Assembly (NCBI RefSeq): GCF_036321535.1 | Contig: NC_087436.1 | Location: forward strand, 47,990,001 to 48,054,000 | Direction of reading: 5' to 3' | Source of the DNA: Camelus dromedarius | Lineage: Eukaryota | DNA: 64,000 nt | Shown here: in pieces, positions 13,101 through 24,467 of the stretch | Layout: every line of letters starts with the position of its first letter | How positions within the stretch are numbered: the first letter of the stretch is position 1 | Program-made: the position numbers and the translations under genes | The notes under the pieces: model-generated | The model's input: the letters and a program-made list of their open reading frames with translations, nothing else | What the model was told of the DNA's origin: nothing | The model's database searches: none

Positions 13101-13413
13101 AAATTAGTTTAAAAGCAATTCTTTTTAGTTACTCATTCACCTAGTAAAAACAAACAAACAAAATAATCAGAGAAGTATCTAGAAGCACACCATGGCAAAG
13201 TAAAGAGAAATGAAGCACACTCCTAGCTATTCAGACAGCAAATAATGGACATAGACAATAAGGGATTTAAGTGATTAGAGGTAGACCCAATCGATATGAA
13301 TCTAAGACAACATGGAAGATGGTGTAAGTAAAAATATTTTATGTGCTTCTGATTGCAAATTAGAATTTTTTCTAAAGTGTCACAGTACTATCTTTTGGTC
13401 ATTATCTCTGTAG

Positions 13414-13664
13414 GGCATGAAGGAGACCCCTGCCTGCGATCCTCAGACTGCATTGAAGGGTTTTGCTGTGCTCGTCACTTCTGGACCAAAATCTGCAAAC
13501 CAGTGCTTCATCAGGGAGAAGTCTGTACCAAGCAACGCAAGAAGGGCTCTCATGGGCTGGAAATTTTCCAGCGGTGTGACTGTGCAAAAGGCCTGTCTTG
13601 TAAAGTATGGAAAGATGCCACCTACTCTTCCAAAGCCAGACTCCACGTGTGTCAGAAGATATGA
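13414..13664 (+). CDS. DKK2: DKK2 terminal coding exon 4 (251 bp), CRD2 colipase-fold LRP5/6- and Kremen-binding domain
   Basis: Acceptor tctctgtAG. Reads (G)HEGDPCLRSSDCIEGFCCARHFWTKICKPVLHQGEVCTKQRKKGSHGLEIFQRCDCAKGLSCKVWKDATYSSKARLHVCQKI-stop, with 10 cysteines. Forms the C-terminal part of track ORF 13353..13664. Confidence 0.98.
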
Positions 13665-13692
13665 GCACCTCTGAGGAAACGCAGCATAGCAG

Positions 13693-13700
13693 ACTGTGAA
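13693..13700 (+). promoter_or_regulatory. miR-27 8mer seed site (ACTGTGAA) in the DKK2 3' UTR
   Basis: Exact complement of the miR-27 seed UCACAGU plus A1, starting 29 nt after the stop codon. Confidence 0.55.
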
Positions 13701-15444
13701 TCAGTGTATTTAATGCATTAGAGCATGGTGGAAAATAGGATTTGGATTTCAGAAACAGGGCTAAAATGAGGAATGTGATAAGAATATAGATCACAGAAAG
13801 AGAATGGAGCAGATTAGAAAGCTGTAGTACAATCAGTGTGTTTCCATCATGCAGCTTGTTTATGTAAATAATGTACACATTTGTGAAAATGCTATTACTG
13901 GGGGAAAAAAGGCAGAGTGAAATTACTGACAAATACCATGTAACCTTCCAAGAGTTTTCCCGAAGGATCAGTTTCCTTCAGATTGGTAATTGCCTATAAA
14001 AATAACCTAAAAAAATTTCTATTTAAAGGTATTTAACAAAATATTCCCTGGCATACAAACAATAGACTCTAAAATATGTTAAATAGGAAGTGAAAGGCTG
14101 GAGCAGAGTTAATTTGCACTACTTCTACTGCTCAAAGACCTTGGTAGACGAGAAAAAAAGCAGTCAATACCCCCAAATTAAAAATCATCACAGGTCTTTT
14201 GTCACGGCCTTCAGAAAAAAAGACTTGTTTTTCCTCACACTGCTTACATTTTTCCAAAATTTAATTTCACTTATAATTAATAAGAACGAGTCTTATCAAT
14301 CAGACCAAAAGAGTTCATTCAGATTCTAAAGTGTTTAAATTGCATCTCTGTTGGTTATATGACTCCTGCTTTTATTTTCCAAATTATTGTGAACAGCACA
14401 GAGCAGAATTTTCAGATTGCGAAGATTTTAAGATGTCCACGATACGTGGTAAATAAAGCCACCAGATCATATTTTTTTTTAAGCTTTGGTATGTCCTATG
14501 CTTGCTAGAATTGGACCTTTATTCTATTCTTTACATGCTCTGCAGTATAGGAGGGTAAAGCTGATACAAGAGACTTGAGCTACATCTGCCCTGCAGGGAA
14601 ATGGAGAAAACTCAAGTGTCGAGGTTTTGGCAACGCACAGCTCAAATGTCTGAAGGACAAACTGACTTTTCATATCTGAAGCCCAAGGCCACACAACCTA
14701 AATGGAAGTTCTTCCATGGGATCTGCTTTCACTGTATTTACTACGCAGGTGAGTTCAGCCTGAGGTCACTACTTGACCTCAAAATATTTATTTTATATTT
14801 TTGAGGTCCTAAAATCTCAACATGAGGAGGTCTCATGAAACGGACTCCAAGGCAGGCGGGATAAAGGCTTCATCGCCCTCGGTAAGCTTCTAACTGGCAG
14901 ATGACACCACCTGATTCTTCTGCACTGACCTCTCTCTGTAAGAGCTGTTTTTTGCCAAAGATACAGTTTCTGTTTTTTGCAGTCATTGAGATTAAAAAAC
15001 ATAGACGGAATAACCTAGAAAACCTACATTTTGCTAATCTATAGAAACCACAGGTTCTAAATTTGAATCCATTTTATTACTTTTTTTACTTTTACTCAGT
15101 TCTAAATATTATGTCTACAGCATAATGCAAAAAAAGTTATCTTATAGTTGTTACTGTTGACCTTTTCTTTTATAGACTGCAAGTCACTCCTTAATTGTCT
15201 TTTACTTAAATCCCATTTGCAGTCTCAAATTCAAGTTCTCCCAGTAGAAATTGAACCTGAGCCTGCATGTCTATTAAGAATTTCAGCTTCCCACACACAT
15301 TTACTAGTATGATTAAGATTTACATTTTCCCCACATGTCTGCTAAAACAAAAATTATTAGACAATCTATCCAAGAACCAAAGTCTGTACAGATTTCTCTG
15401 AGCTTGGCAACATGAAAATGGAACATTTCAGTCAAACATTTCCT

Positions 15445-15452
15445 ATGTAGCA
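15445..15452 (+). promoter_or_regulatory. miR-221/222 8mer seed site (ATGTAGCA)
   Basis: Exact complement of seed GCUACAU plus A1. A second 7mer-A1 site (TGTAGCA) lies at about 15588. Confidence 0.5.
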
Positions 15453-15654
15453 ATTACATTTACAGTCTGGTTTCTGCATTATTTCCCTTACGTACATCCC
15501 TTCAAAAATTATTATTTGAAGTAATTTATTTACAGGAAATGTTAATGAGATGTATTTTCTTATAGAGATATTTCTTACAGAAAGCTTTGTAGCAGAATAT
15601 ATTTGCAGCTATTGACTTTGTAATTTAGGGGAGATGTATAATAAGATAAAATAT

Positions 15655-15706
15655 ATTAAATTTTTCTCCTCCAAAAATGGAATTCAAGTTTCCTTGTGTT
15701 TTGCTT
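15655..15706 (+). terminator. Probable DKK2 polyadenylation signal (ATTAAA) with downstream GU-rich element
   Basis: ATTAAA at 15655-15660, upstream UGUA motifs, and gtttccttgtgttttgc about 30 nt downstream. Confidence 0.7.
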
Positions 15707-15719
15707 ATGGGAAAAACTT

Positions 15720-16045
15720 TCATAGAATCATAGATTCTGAGTTCAACAGGACTGGGTCTGCTTTTGCAGGCTTAGCCGGAATCCTTTGGATGACTCCCCA
15801 TGAGATGCTCCGAGGCAGTTTACTGTTACTGAAGGTGCTTATTTCACAGCAGGACAGCTGTAATTGTCTGAAAGTTATTTTTTCATTAAACTAAAGTATT
15901 CTAGCTTGTGCTTTCCAACCGTCTATTCTTACTTTGCCTTCTGGAACAACTTAGAACAAGGGCTCTCCAGAAACCACTTTGAAGCATTTGAAGCCACCTA
16001 GCCTATTTCCTATAACCTTCTCCCAGGTTAAAATTTCCCAAAATA
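15720..16045 (-). mobile_element. L3/CR1 LINE 3'-end remnant
   Basis: catagaatcatagat terminus, plus gaaagttatttt...tgccttctggaacaac..agaacaag and ttctcccaggttaaa motifs. Confidence 0.5.
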
Positions 16046-18464
16046 GAGATGCAACATGCTTAGGGTATTGGTTCATTCCCCTATATAGCACAAAGATGCT
16101 ACAAAATATCTTTATCCCGATATGACTACAGACTAAGTTACCTGGTCCTGTGCGAACTCAAATCTACTTCCCAGGAAGGTCTTTCCTCTGCTTCCTGAAC
16201 ACGAAGATGTAAGGAATGTTTAAGCAACATTACTCACCAATTATGAGACCGGGAGTGGCTGCAAGAGCCCACGTTGTATTAGAGATGTTAATGGGCTAGA
16301 AATGTGGAAAATAATCCATTCTACTGTGTCACAGAATGTTTAAGTACAGTATGGCAGCTTAATGAAACTAAAGCAGTCCCATGGCTAGAGGTCAGGGTTC
16401 AAGATATCTCAGTGCTGCTGAAATAATTCCCCACATTATTCTAATTAGTCACTTAAGTATATTCTTAAATAGCTCTCCATTTCGTCAAATTGAGAACATT
16501 TGTATTTCCTAGCTACAGTGTATTTTTAGATTATAACACTCATATGGTTGATATTTTTCTTTTCCACTGAGCTCAGTGAGATGCTCTGAGAAGTGATGAA
16601 TTGTCCTGATCTCCTTTTTAGCCAAGAAACAAAATACCCTTATCATAGCCTTAGGATTTGAGTGGGGAAACTATCAATTACACTTTTCTGCTCCCCCAAA
16701 TTCAGGCCATTTGAGAAAACGGTTAAGAAAGAAGGACAGATGACAGAATAACCCATGGCTGATAGTTAATACTGGAGAGTGTGGCGTCCGTCTGTGGACA
16801 AGAGGACACCAGAAAGAGACAGTCCCTTCTCAGACAACACCAGACGTCAGTGTGACCTGCTGGAGCTGCCCCGTACAACTTAAGAGTGTGGATGGGCAGC
16901 ACAGAAGGACACACTTTCTTCTGGTAGGCAGGGCCAAAGAAGAAGGGTGGGGAAAGGACAGAACTATGCATTTCTTATTCAAGAATCTCATTTGAATTAT
17001 TCCAGAACTGGGTAATTCATAACACATGAAAGGAGTGAGGGAGGGCAGGAGTGAGACAAAGATCATTATACACTCCACATTAAACTAACATTAAGGATTA
17101 GAAAAGAGGAACCCCCCACCCCAGATCCTCATTCCCCAGATCTTTATATTCTTAGCCCATTATACATAACCATCTGTCTATGGTAAAGATACGGATTTTG
17201 ACCAAATCTGACCGGCTGCCGACCAGAACAGGACCTGATGAGGTCATTGCCCCAGTGCCAATCAGTCCTTTATGCATCTTCTTGGGACCAGTGGTGAGCA
17301 ATTTAGATTTTGTCCCTAGCAATTGCAAAATGGAGAAAAATAGTTCATTAATTCAATGGACTCTAAGACCACACTATACTCAGGACTGAAAAGGGAAAGG
17401 AAAACCTCCTCTTTCTTCTTACCATCCCAAATTATGTCCATTGTATTATCCAGTACAGCCAATCAGAGGTTCTGCAGTGAGATTAAATAACATGTGTACC
17501 TGATAATAAAATGTATAATAAAAGCACTTCAATCATAAAATTCTGACAATATAGAGATGCCCCACTTTTGAATATAAATCCTGTTCCATTAAAAAAAAAA
17601 TCCTTGGAAGAAATTAACGTACAAAATTTAAATCCTCCTGCATGTTAAGATAAGGTGAAGTCCAAAGAAATTTGTCTATAGTAGCTATCTTCCTCTTTCG
17701 AATAAGGAGTCCAAATAAACTGAAATTCAAGAATCCTCAAGTTAATGGCTAAAGTATTTCAACCTTATTCCATATTCCTCTCTCAGTCAGAAGGGTACCT
17801 GATGCCTGGGTGAAGGGGGACTCCTTCAACAGCTACAGCCAGGACAGCATCTCAATGGAATGAAAGACTTCTTAATGAAGTCCAATAAATTTTTAGGGCA
17901 CACAAGGTTAAGTCAAAAATGTCACCATATTTAGAAAATAAGCCCATCTGTGGCTCACAGAGCAGGTATCTCAGGCAATGTGCTAAGAACACGTCTAGGA
18001 CGTGGTGGTGTAAAAAATCACAGCAGAGGTGCTTGGAATCTGAGTGAAGGAAGATGGGTGGAGAAAATCTTTGTCTTTGCTTTGCTAAAAATGTCAACCA
18101 ATCCAAATCAGTTGTCTGGAACCCATGACCTGTGTACTGGAACTTACCTGGGAAAAATGTCCCACCCGGACGTTAGCTCCAGCACTGTATTTTACCATAA
18201 AACAGAGTAGGAGGAGAATCTGGCTGTGTATTACATCCACTTTTAGAGAGGGAGTGGCACTACTGCTTTCGTGAAAACTGGTCAAGTTTAGGAATTCGCC
18301 AGCGTGTTAGCGTCCTTGTGGCTTCTTTCTTCTGCACCCAGCATATTCAGAGATCACCAGTGCTTAATTGAGAATAGGTTTGGTTGGGCAAAGAGGCCTC
18401 CACTGCTTTGCTACTTCTGAAAATTATTTTAGCAAAGGGTGTTCAGGGGCATAGAACACTTAAC

Positions 18465-19200
18465 GTTCTTTCACTCAACATACACTCGCAGAGAGAAACT
18501 TCTATTGTGCTGGGCAGCTTTGTAGGAGGCACAGTGGGCAGACGCAGAAAACCAAACCAATAAAGTTCATCCTTTCACTGTTTTTACCATCCTGTTATTT
18601 TTTAGGGCTGTAGCTTGGAAGCAGAAAATAACTAAATAAGAATTACATAAATACTAGAGGAGACAGATGGGAGCCCTACGAAGAAAACTGAAGCAGGGTA
18701 AAGGAACAGAGGGACACAAGTAGTGCTATTTTAGTAGTCGGGAAAGATCTTAGGAAGCAAATATGAGTAGAAACCTGAATGAAATGAGGGGGTGTTGTGG
18801 AGAAACAGTGGCACAGGAAGAGCAGGAGCAGACTCTGACAAGACGGGAAGAAGCTGATGGAGGAGACTGGGATGGAATGGGTAGGGGGAGAGAGACAGAT
18901 GAGGTCCGAGGAGGAGCTCGGTCAGACTGTGTGGAACCTGATGACCATCATAACTGCATTTATTTTGAAAGATGCATGAAGCTGGCAAGAGCTTTTGAGC
19001 ATGGGAGTAGCATGAGCTGACTTGTTTTGAAAGGACCCCCCAGGCTGCTGTGTAGAGAAGAGACAAGGGCATCCAGGCAAGAACGGCTGGTGACCTGGAC
19101 CGGTGAGGTAAGGCACTTAGGGCACACTGGAGGTGGAGGCAACTGGACTGCTGCTGAACTGCATGATGATTGTGAGAGACAAAAGTAAAATCTCTTTAGG
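18465..19200 (-). mobile_element. L2 LINE fragment
   Basis: Purine-rich L2 3' region motifs (gagcttttgagcatgggagtagcatga..tgacttgttttgaaaggac....ggctgctgtgtagagaa). Confidence 0.7.
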
Positions 19201-19571
19201 CTCACAAGAGGATCAAGAACAAAGAGAAAGTATTGATGAGAAAAGAAAGGTTAAAAAAATCCCACTTTTCTGTACAGTGCCCTTGTATTTAATGTATAAA
19301 GAAATGACTGTCCTCAGTAGAATACTGACAACTCGTAGGAAAATTGCCGTCTGTAAGCTTCTTGCCAGCCATATTGAAAACTTAAGAAAGAATTATATAA
19401 AGAAGGGACTTCATTAACGAAAAAGAGGACTTGTTGGCTGCACAAAGGAAGCAGTTGCAGACAAATGGAAGAATGAGGGGGTGTCAGGAAGATAAAGGAA
19501 AGGGAGTAAATGGGCCAGAGCACAGAGACTGAGGAGAGAAGTTCAAGTGAGAGTATAAGAAAGAGAGGCAG

Positions 19572-20377
19572 TAAAACTACAATGAGGGATCACCTCACAC
19601 CAGTCAGAATGGCCATCATTAAAAAGTCCACAAACGGTAAATGCTGGAGAGGGTGTGGAGTAAAAGGAACTCTCCTACACTATTGGTTGGAATGTACTTT
19701 GGTGCAGCCATTATGGAAAACAGTATGGAGATTCCTTAAAAGACTGAAAATAGACTTACCATATGATGTACCAATCTCATTCCTGGGCATATATCTGGAA
19801 AGAACTCTAATTCAAAAAGTTATATGCATCCTAATGTTCATAGCAGCACTGTATACAATAGCCAAGACATGGAAACAACCTAAATGTCCACTGACAGATG
19901 ATTGGATAAAGAAGCTGCGGTATATTTATACAATGGAATACTACTCAGCCATAAAAAAGAATAAAATCATGCCATTTGCAGCAACATGGATGGACATGGA
20001 GATTACCATACTAAGTGAAGTAAAACAGAAAAAAAATACCATATGATATCACTTATATGTGGATTCTCAAAAAGAAAAGGACACAAACTTATTTATAAAA
20101 CAAACAGACTCACAGACACAGAAAACAAACTTAGGTTAACAGGGGGGAAAGAGGATGGGGAGGGATAAACTGGGAGTTTGCGATTTGCAGATACTAACTA
20201 CTATATATAAAATAGATAAACAACAAGGTCCTACTGTGTAGCACAGGGAACTATATTCAATACTTTGTAATAGTCTATAAGGAAAAATATGAAAATATAT
20301 ACATATAAATGAATCACTATATTGTACACTAGAAATTAACACAACATTATAAATTGACTATACTTCAACAAAAAAAA
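19572..20377 (+). mobile_element. 5'-truncated LINE-1 3' end
   Basis: ORF 19510..20046 contains [19 protein letters not shown]...WMDMEITILSEVKQ. The 3' UTR ends gactatacttcaac plus an A-tail. Confidence 0.95.
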
Positions 20378-21292
20378 GATGCATCAAGAGGAATGCTGGA
20401 AATCCTAAAAGGTGCTAATAAGAAGCTTCAATTTGATGCAGATGTCAAAGGGTGTCAAGGAAAACTTACGGGAAGAGAACAGTTGACTCACAGCAGTAGG
20501 TTTAGAAAATTATTTTAGCAAAGGGTGTAGCTCAGGCAACACTCCCATTGACACTGGGCCAATGCATTGCATTAAAGGACAATCTGTCAAAGCAAGTCAT
20601 AGGTCTCTTTGAGTCTTAAGTAATTGTATAGTGTAGGACCTGGGAATTCTAAAGAAATAACAATATGCAAGTAATTGAAGTACTTTCATGAGAAATACAC
20701 TTGCCATCATGCCTCTCACACATACGTCATGAATACCACAGTGCATGAACCTTTAAATTTCCTGGGGGTCAACACTTCTTATAGATGCCATGGACTTGTT
20801 TTATTTGCTCCACACCTTCCCACTTCGCTGCACCTGCTGCACCAGTCATCATTCTGTGTTTAATGGCCAGTCAGCCTCCAGGGCCTAGTAACAGATGGTG
20901 AACATCAGATCAGCTAGTGCATGTCAAATATTCTAAGTCCTACTTAAGCTTTTCAGGCAGACTTTGAAATTGAGATCATTTTATCTTCCGTTACTTTCCC
21001 CACCTTGCCTGTGGCTCTTGACAGCTGTGTTTTTGTCTGTTCCAACAGCTATTTATTCTGTGCCCAATAGTGTGCCATATTACTGGGCAATGTCTATGGA
21101 AATTTCAAAACAATATGCAAGCTATTTAAGTCCACATCTTAAAACTTTCTAAGATCCAAATATAGTGATACTGCTTTCTATAATGCCTGAGAGAAATGCA
21201 CAGCAAAACCCCTTTTTACACTTCAAGGGACCTCGAGTTCTCTATGGGGAGTAGATGCCCCAAAACACTATGGGCTTCAGTGAGGGACTGTT

Positions 21293-21480
21293 AAAAATCA
21301 ATGTTAGCTGTGTCAGTTTCTGGTACACAGTACCATGTCCCAGTCATGCATATATATGCATACATTTGTTTTCATATTCTTTTTCATTAAAGGTTATTAC
21401 AAGATATTGAATTGTAACTGACTATACTTCAATTAAAAAAATAAAGTTTATGGTAAGGAAAAAAATCTGTGTTAACTGTG
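21293..21480 (+). mobile_element. Miniature 5'-inverted (twin-primed) L1 insertion with degenerate TSD
   Basis: About 21311-21411 is L1 3' UTR in antisense; 21412-21445 is the L1 terminus and A-tail in sense. Flanks aaaaatcaatgttagctgtg and aaaaatctgtgttaactgtg match at 17/20, and the left one follows TT|AAAA. Confidence 0.85.
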
Positions 21481-22530
21481 GAGAAATGTGGGGATGCTGC
21501 ACAAATTTTCTTTAAAATAAAAGCAGTAAAAACACCTTGAAAACAGTTTGGATTTGTTTCGTAAATGAGTATGAAGTCACTCAAAACACTGAAGGTTACA
21601 GATGAGAATGTGTATCTGTTCTTTAACAGGGAAAAACAACCTTAGAAAAAAACCTACTCAGTGTTAAGAGTGGGAGGGGCTGAAGAGAGCGGCCATCTGG
21701 AAGAGACAGAAGGGCAGAGGCAATTCAAGCAAATGTTCAGGGAGCAGGGGATATGTGACCCTTGGAAAATCTTTTGTTTTGGTATCCTTGAAACAAATCA
21801 AAGGGAGTACTTAAAGAGAAGGATGGATTGGGTCAAAACTGGCTGTTACGGGTGGGGGCTTCACAGAAAAACCAATGACTTAGCGACTATCCAAAAGGAG
21901 CACTGTGCTAGTCCAACATTCCTTTCTTATTCTTCAGGTCATCTGACCAAGAATCCAGCTCTTACCTCATCGTCTATTGGCAAAGAAGAATGTTCATAAG
22001 GGCTCTCCCTTGGGATACATACACAATAGTGATGATAATCATTACTATTTATATAGCACTTTTTACTTTGCCTCAGAAATGCCATCAAATGTATTTCTAT
22101 ACTTTGTTCATCACAACATGCTTGTAACTCCTGTCTCTTTTGAATGTTGACCACAGACCGGGTGCTGACTTAGTGATGCCCCTCCAGCATCTCATGTCAT
22201 TCTTTCCAGCAACTACTCTACAGCGAAGAGGAGTGGAGCCAGGATTTGAAACCGTGACTCTGAGGCCAGACTGTGAACCCTTATCACTTAGCCTGTGCCG
22301 TCTCCATTTGGAAATAGCAACTCCTTTTAGGATTACCGGGGATTCTGTAGCTTGCCTGCTGTCACAGAGCCCAGCAGTATCAGAGCTGAGCTAAAGACTG
22401 GTTTTCATACCCACTTCTTCACTCCAGGATTTGCTGAGTACTTCCTAAAGCAGTTGCCTTATTTTATAAATCCAATAAGCAATTAAAATCTTTCCAACTT
22501 AGGATATGGAAAGCAGTTACAAAGGGAATC

Positions 22531-22673
22531 TGGAAATCCAGATTTTTATGTAAGAACGTTCCATTTTCTAAATGCTAGCAAATAATACAAATTTTCCTAA
22601 AATCAGTATCCAAGCCAGCACACTATTAACAAGTGGTTAATAGACAACACTAAACATACTTGGAAGCTGGATG
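22531..22673 (-). repeat. Left arm of a 143-bp inverted repeat
   Basis: Ungapped reverse complement of 24468-24610 with 13 mismatches (manual count). Confidence 0.95.
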
Positions 22674-23850
22674 TACTTATGTTCCTAACACTGTCTACCT
22701 TCCTTTCCTACATCGCCTTATTTTACCCCTGAAAGCACAGTAGTCAGCGCTGGGGTCAGGGCTAACCGGAGAATCTAGCCTTCTCTCCCAGCACATGTTC
22801 CCAGCCGCTGCTTTCTTTTCAGGGGACAACCTGCCTAGTTAGTATTGTGGACAATGGTAGCAAGAACAGCTTATAGGTATGTAACAGTTTATAAAGCTTA
22901 CAAATAAACACTCTTATCATTTGATAAGTGGACAACTGAAAGGACAACTGAAATCAAAGCTCAAAATTTCCCAACAAGAATGGAAAGCAGGAATGGGAGT
23001 TTTCAAAGCAGGATCTGGAGAGTATATGGCTGGAATCAGCTTTGGTGTGACTAACAAGCTAAAATTGCCATTGAATCGCCATCCCAGCCCATCTCACATT
23101 CTGCTGTGAAACAGAATTCAAATCAGAAAATTAACCGTCATTTCTTTGAACATCTTGTCAATTTGTAAAAAATCAGGTAAGATTCCACTGAACTTGTACT
23201 CTCATCTATACTGCTTACCAAAACATTCTCTCTATTTAGATAGCACACAGAATTACTAAACATAAGTAATTTGCAGTAATAAGTAAGATGCAAAAGTGTA
23301 GAACACTCTTTGTGTACATTTGAAAAAATGTTCAATCATCCTGTCAGGGAAATGGAAATACAAACTGAAAAAAATAACTTCCCAATGTCACTGAGCTGCG
23401 GGCCAGAGGAAGTGAAGGTGGAGATTCGTCCAAATTATGACCAGTGTGCTTTACTTGTAAGTCAAGTTCTTTTATATAATCTTTTAAAATAGTGCTATAT
23501 GTCTTGTTTCTTTGCCGAGCGTGGCCTAGAGAATGTGTCCGCTTCTGGGGGAATGATGATTTCTTGTATTACAAACAGTGCTTTCCAGATGCCATCTATC
23601 CATTCGTTTTTTTCATTCATTCACTATGGTTGGCCCCTTAAAGAGGAAAATGAGGCTGACTGCGAGTTCAGATTTTGTTTAATGACTCTGTATAATGACC
23701 ACAATTTGCTAGTTAAAAATAAGCCACAACTTTTAGTTTGTAACTGGTTTCCATATCCTAAGTTTGAAAGATTTTAATTGCTTATTGGATTTATGTAATT
23801 ACTAAAGGTTGTAAAGTATTTGAAACAACTTAAAAAAAAAAGTACCTGGC

Positions 23851-24357
23851 TGTGCTGGATGGTCTTCGTTTGCCCTCCTATGTCCCAGGAAACTGAACAA
23901 TATCAACTGTGGTCAGTGCGCTCCTTATATCTCGAGCTGCTTGTTGGGTTTGGCCAGAGGGAGACAACTGAGGAAGATCTGGGAATGAGAACAAAAGGCT
24001 CAGAGTAAATCTCTTCTTGGCTCTTGACATGATGTGGCGGTGTCTGGTGGGTGTGGCGGTGTCTGGTGGGTGTGGCGGTGTCTGGTGGGTGTGGCAGTGT
24101 CTGGTGGTGGCGGTATTCCTCCACCAAAGGCCACAGACAGGGATGAGCACCCTTCCTCCAACTCCTCTCCAGGTTTGAGCAATGACTCCTTCAGGAGTGG
24201 TAATGCTAACTTGCTGATCCTAGCCCTGAGCATATCAGTACTCCTTGTCGCTTCTTCCTAACACTGCCTACACCATTGCAAATAGTACTTCATCCATTTC
24301 TTCTCAGTGACCTGTCTCTGCCTGCCATCTGCTTCCTGCCAGGACCCTGACTGATAC
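23851..24357 (+). mobile_element. LTR33 (ERVL) solo LTR
   Basis: Starts tgtgctggatggtcttcgtttgccctcc and ends gccatctgcttcctgccaggaccctgactgatac, matching LTR33 termini as I recall them. Confidence 0.75.
24033..24114. repeat. 19-bp minisatellite (TGTGGCGGTGTCTGGTGGG) x ~4 inside the LTR33
   Basis: Three perfect units plus one near-perfect unit are directly visible. Confidence 0.95.
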
Positions 24358-24467
24358 CTGCCCTCGGTCCAACTGTTAATCTGCTTTTCCTTTTCACTGT
24401 TCTCCTTCAGTCTATGAAAGTCAAGATACAACATCATAAACATCGTAAATTATCAAGGCCAGGGCTT

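Larger units (their letters stand above)
13665..15680 (+). other. DKK2: DKK2 3' UTR (~2 kb; end approximate)
   Basis: AT-rich sequence with no recognisable transposon, running from the stop codon to an ATTAAA signal followed by a GU/U-rich tract. Confidence 0.75.

Noticed and set aside
13353..13413. N-terminal extension of track ORF 13353..13664 as a stand-alone CRD2 protein
   Set aside because: It starts at TTG in intronic sequence, with no ATG or signal peptide. A canonical acceptor at 13412-13413 explains the exon.
13402..13932. 176-aa antisense ORF overlapping exon 4
   Set aside because: Non-ATG start, no recognisable domain, and explained as the shadow of a coding exon.
23878..24261. 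Overlapping His/Pro/Thr-rich ORFs
   Set aside because: They arise from translating the 19-bp minisatellite inside LTR33.
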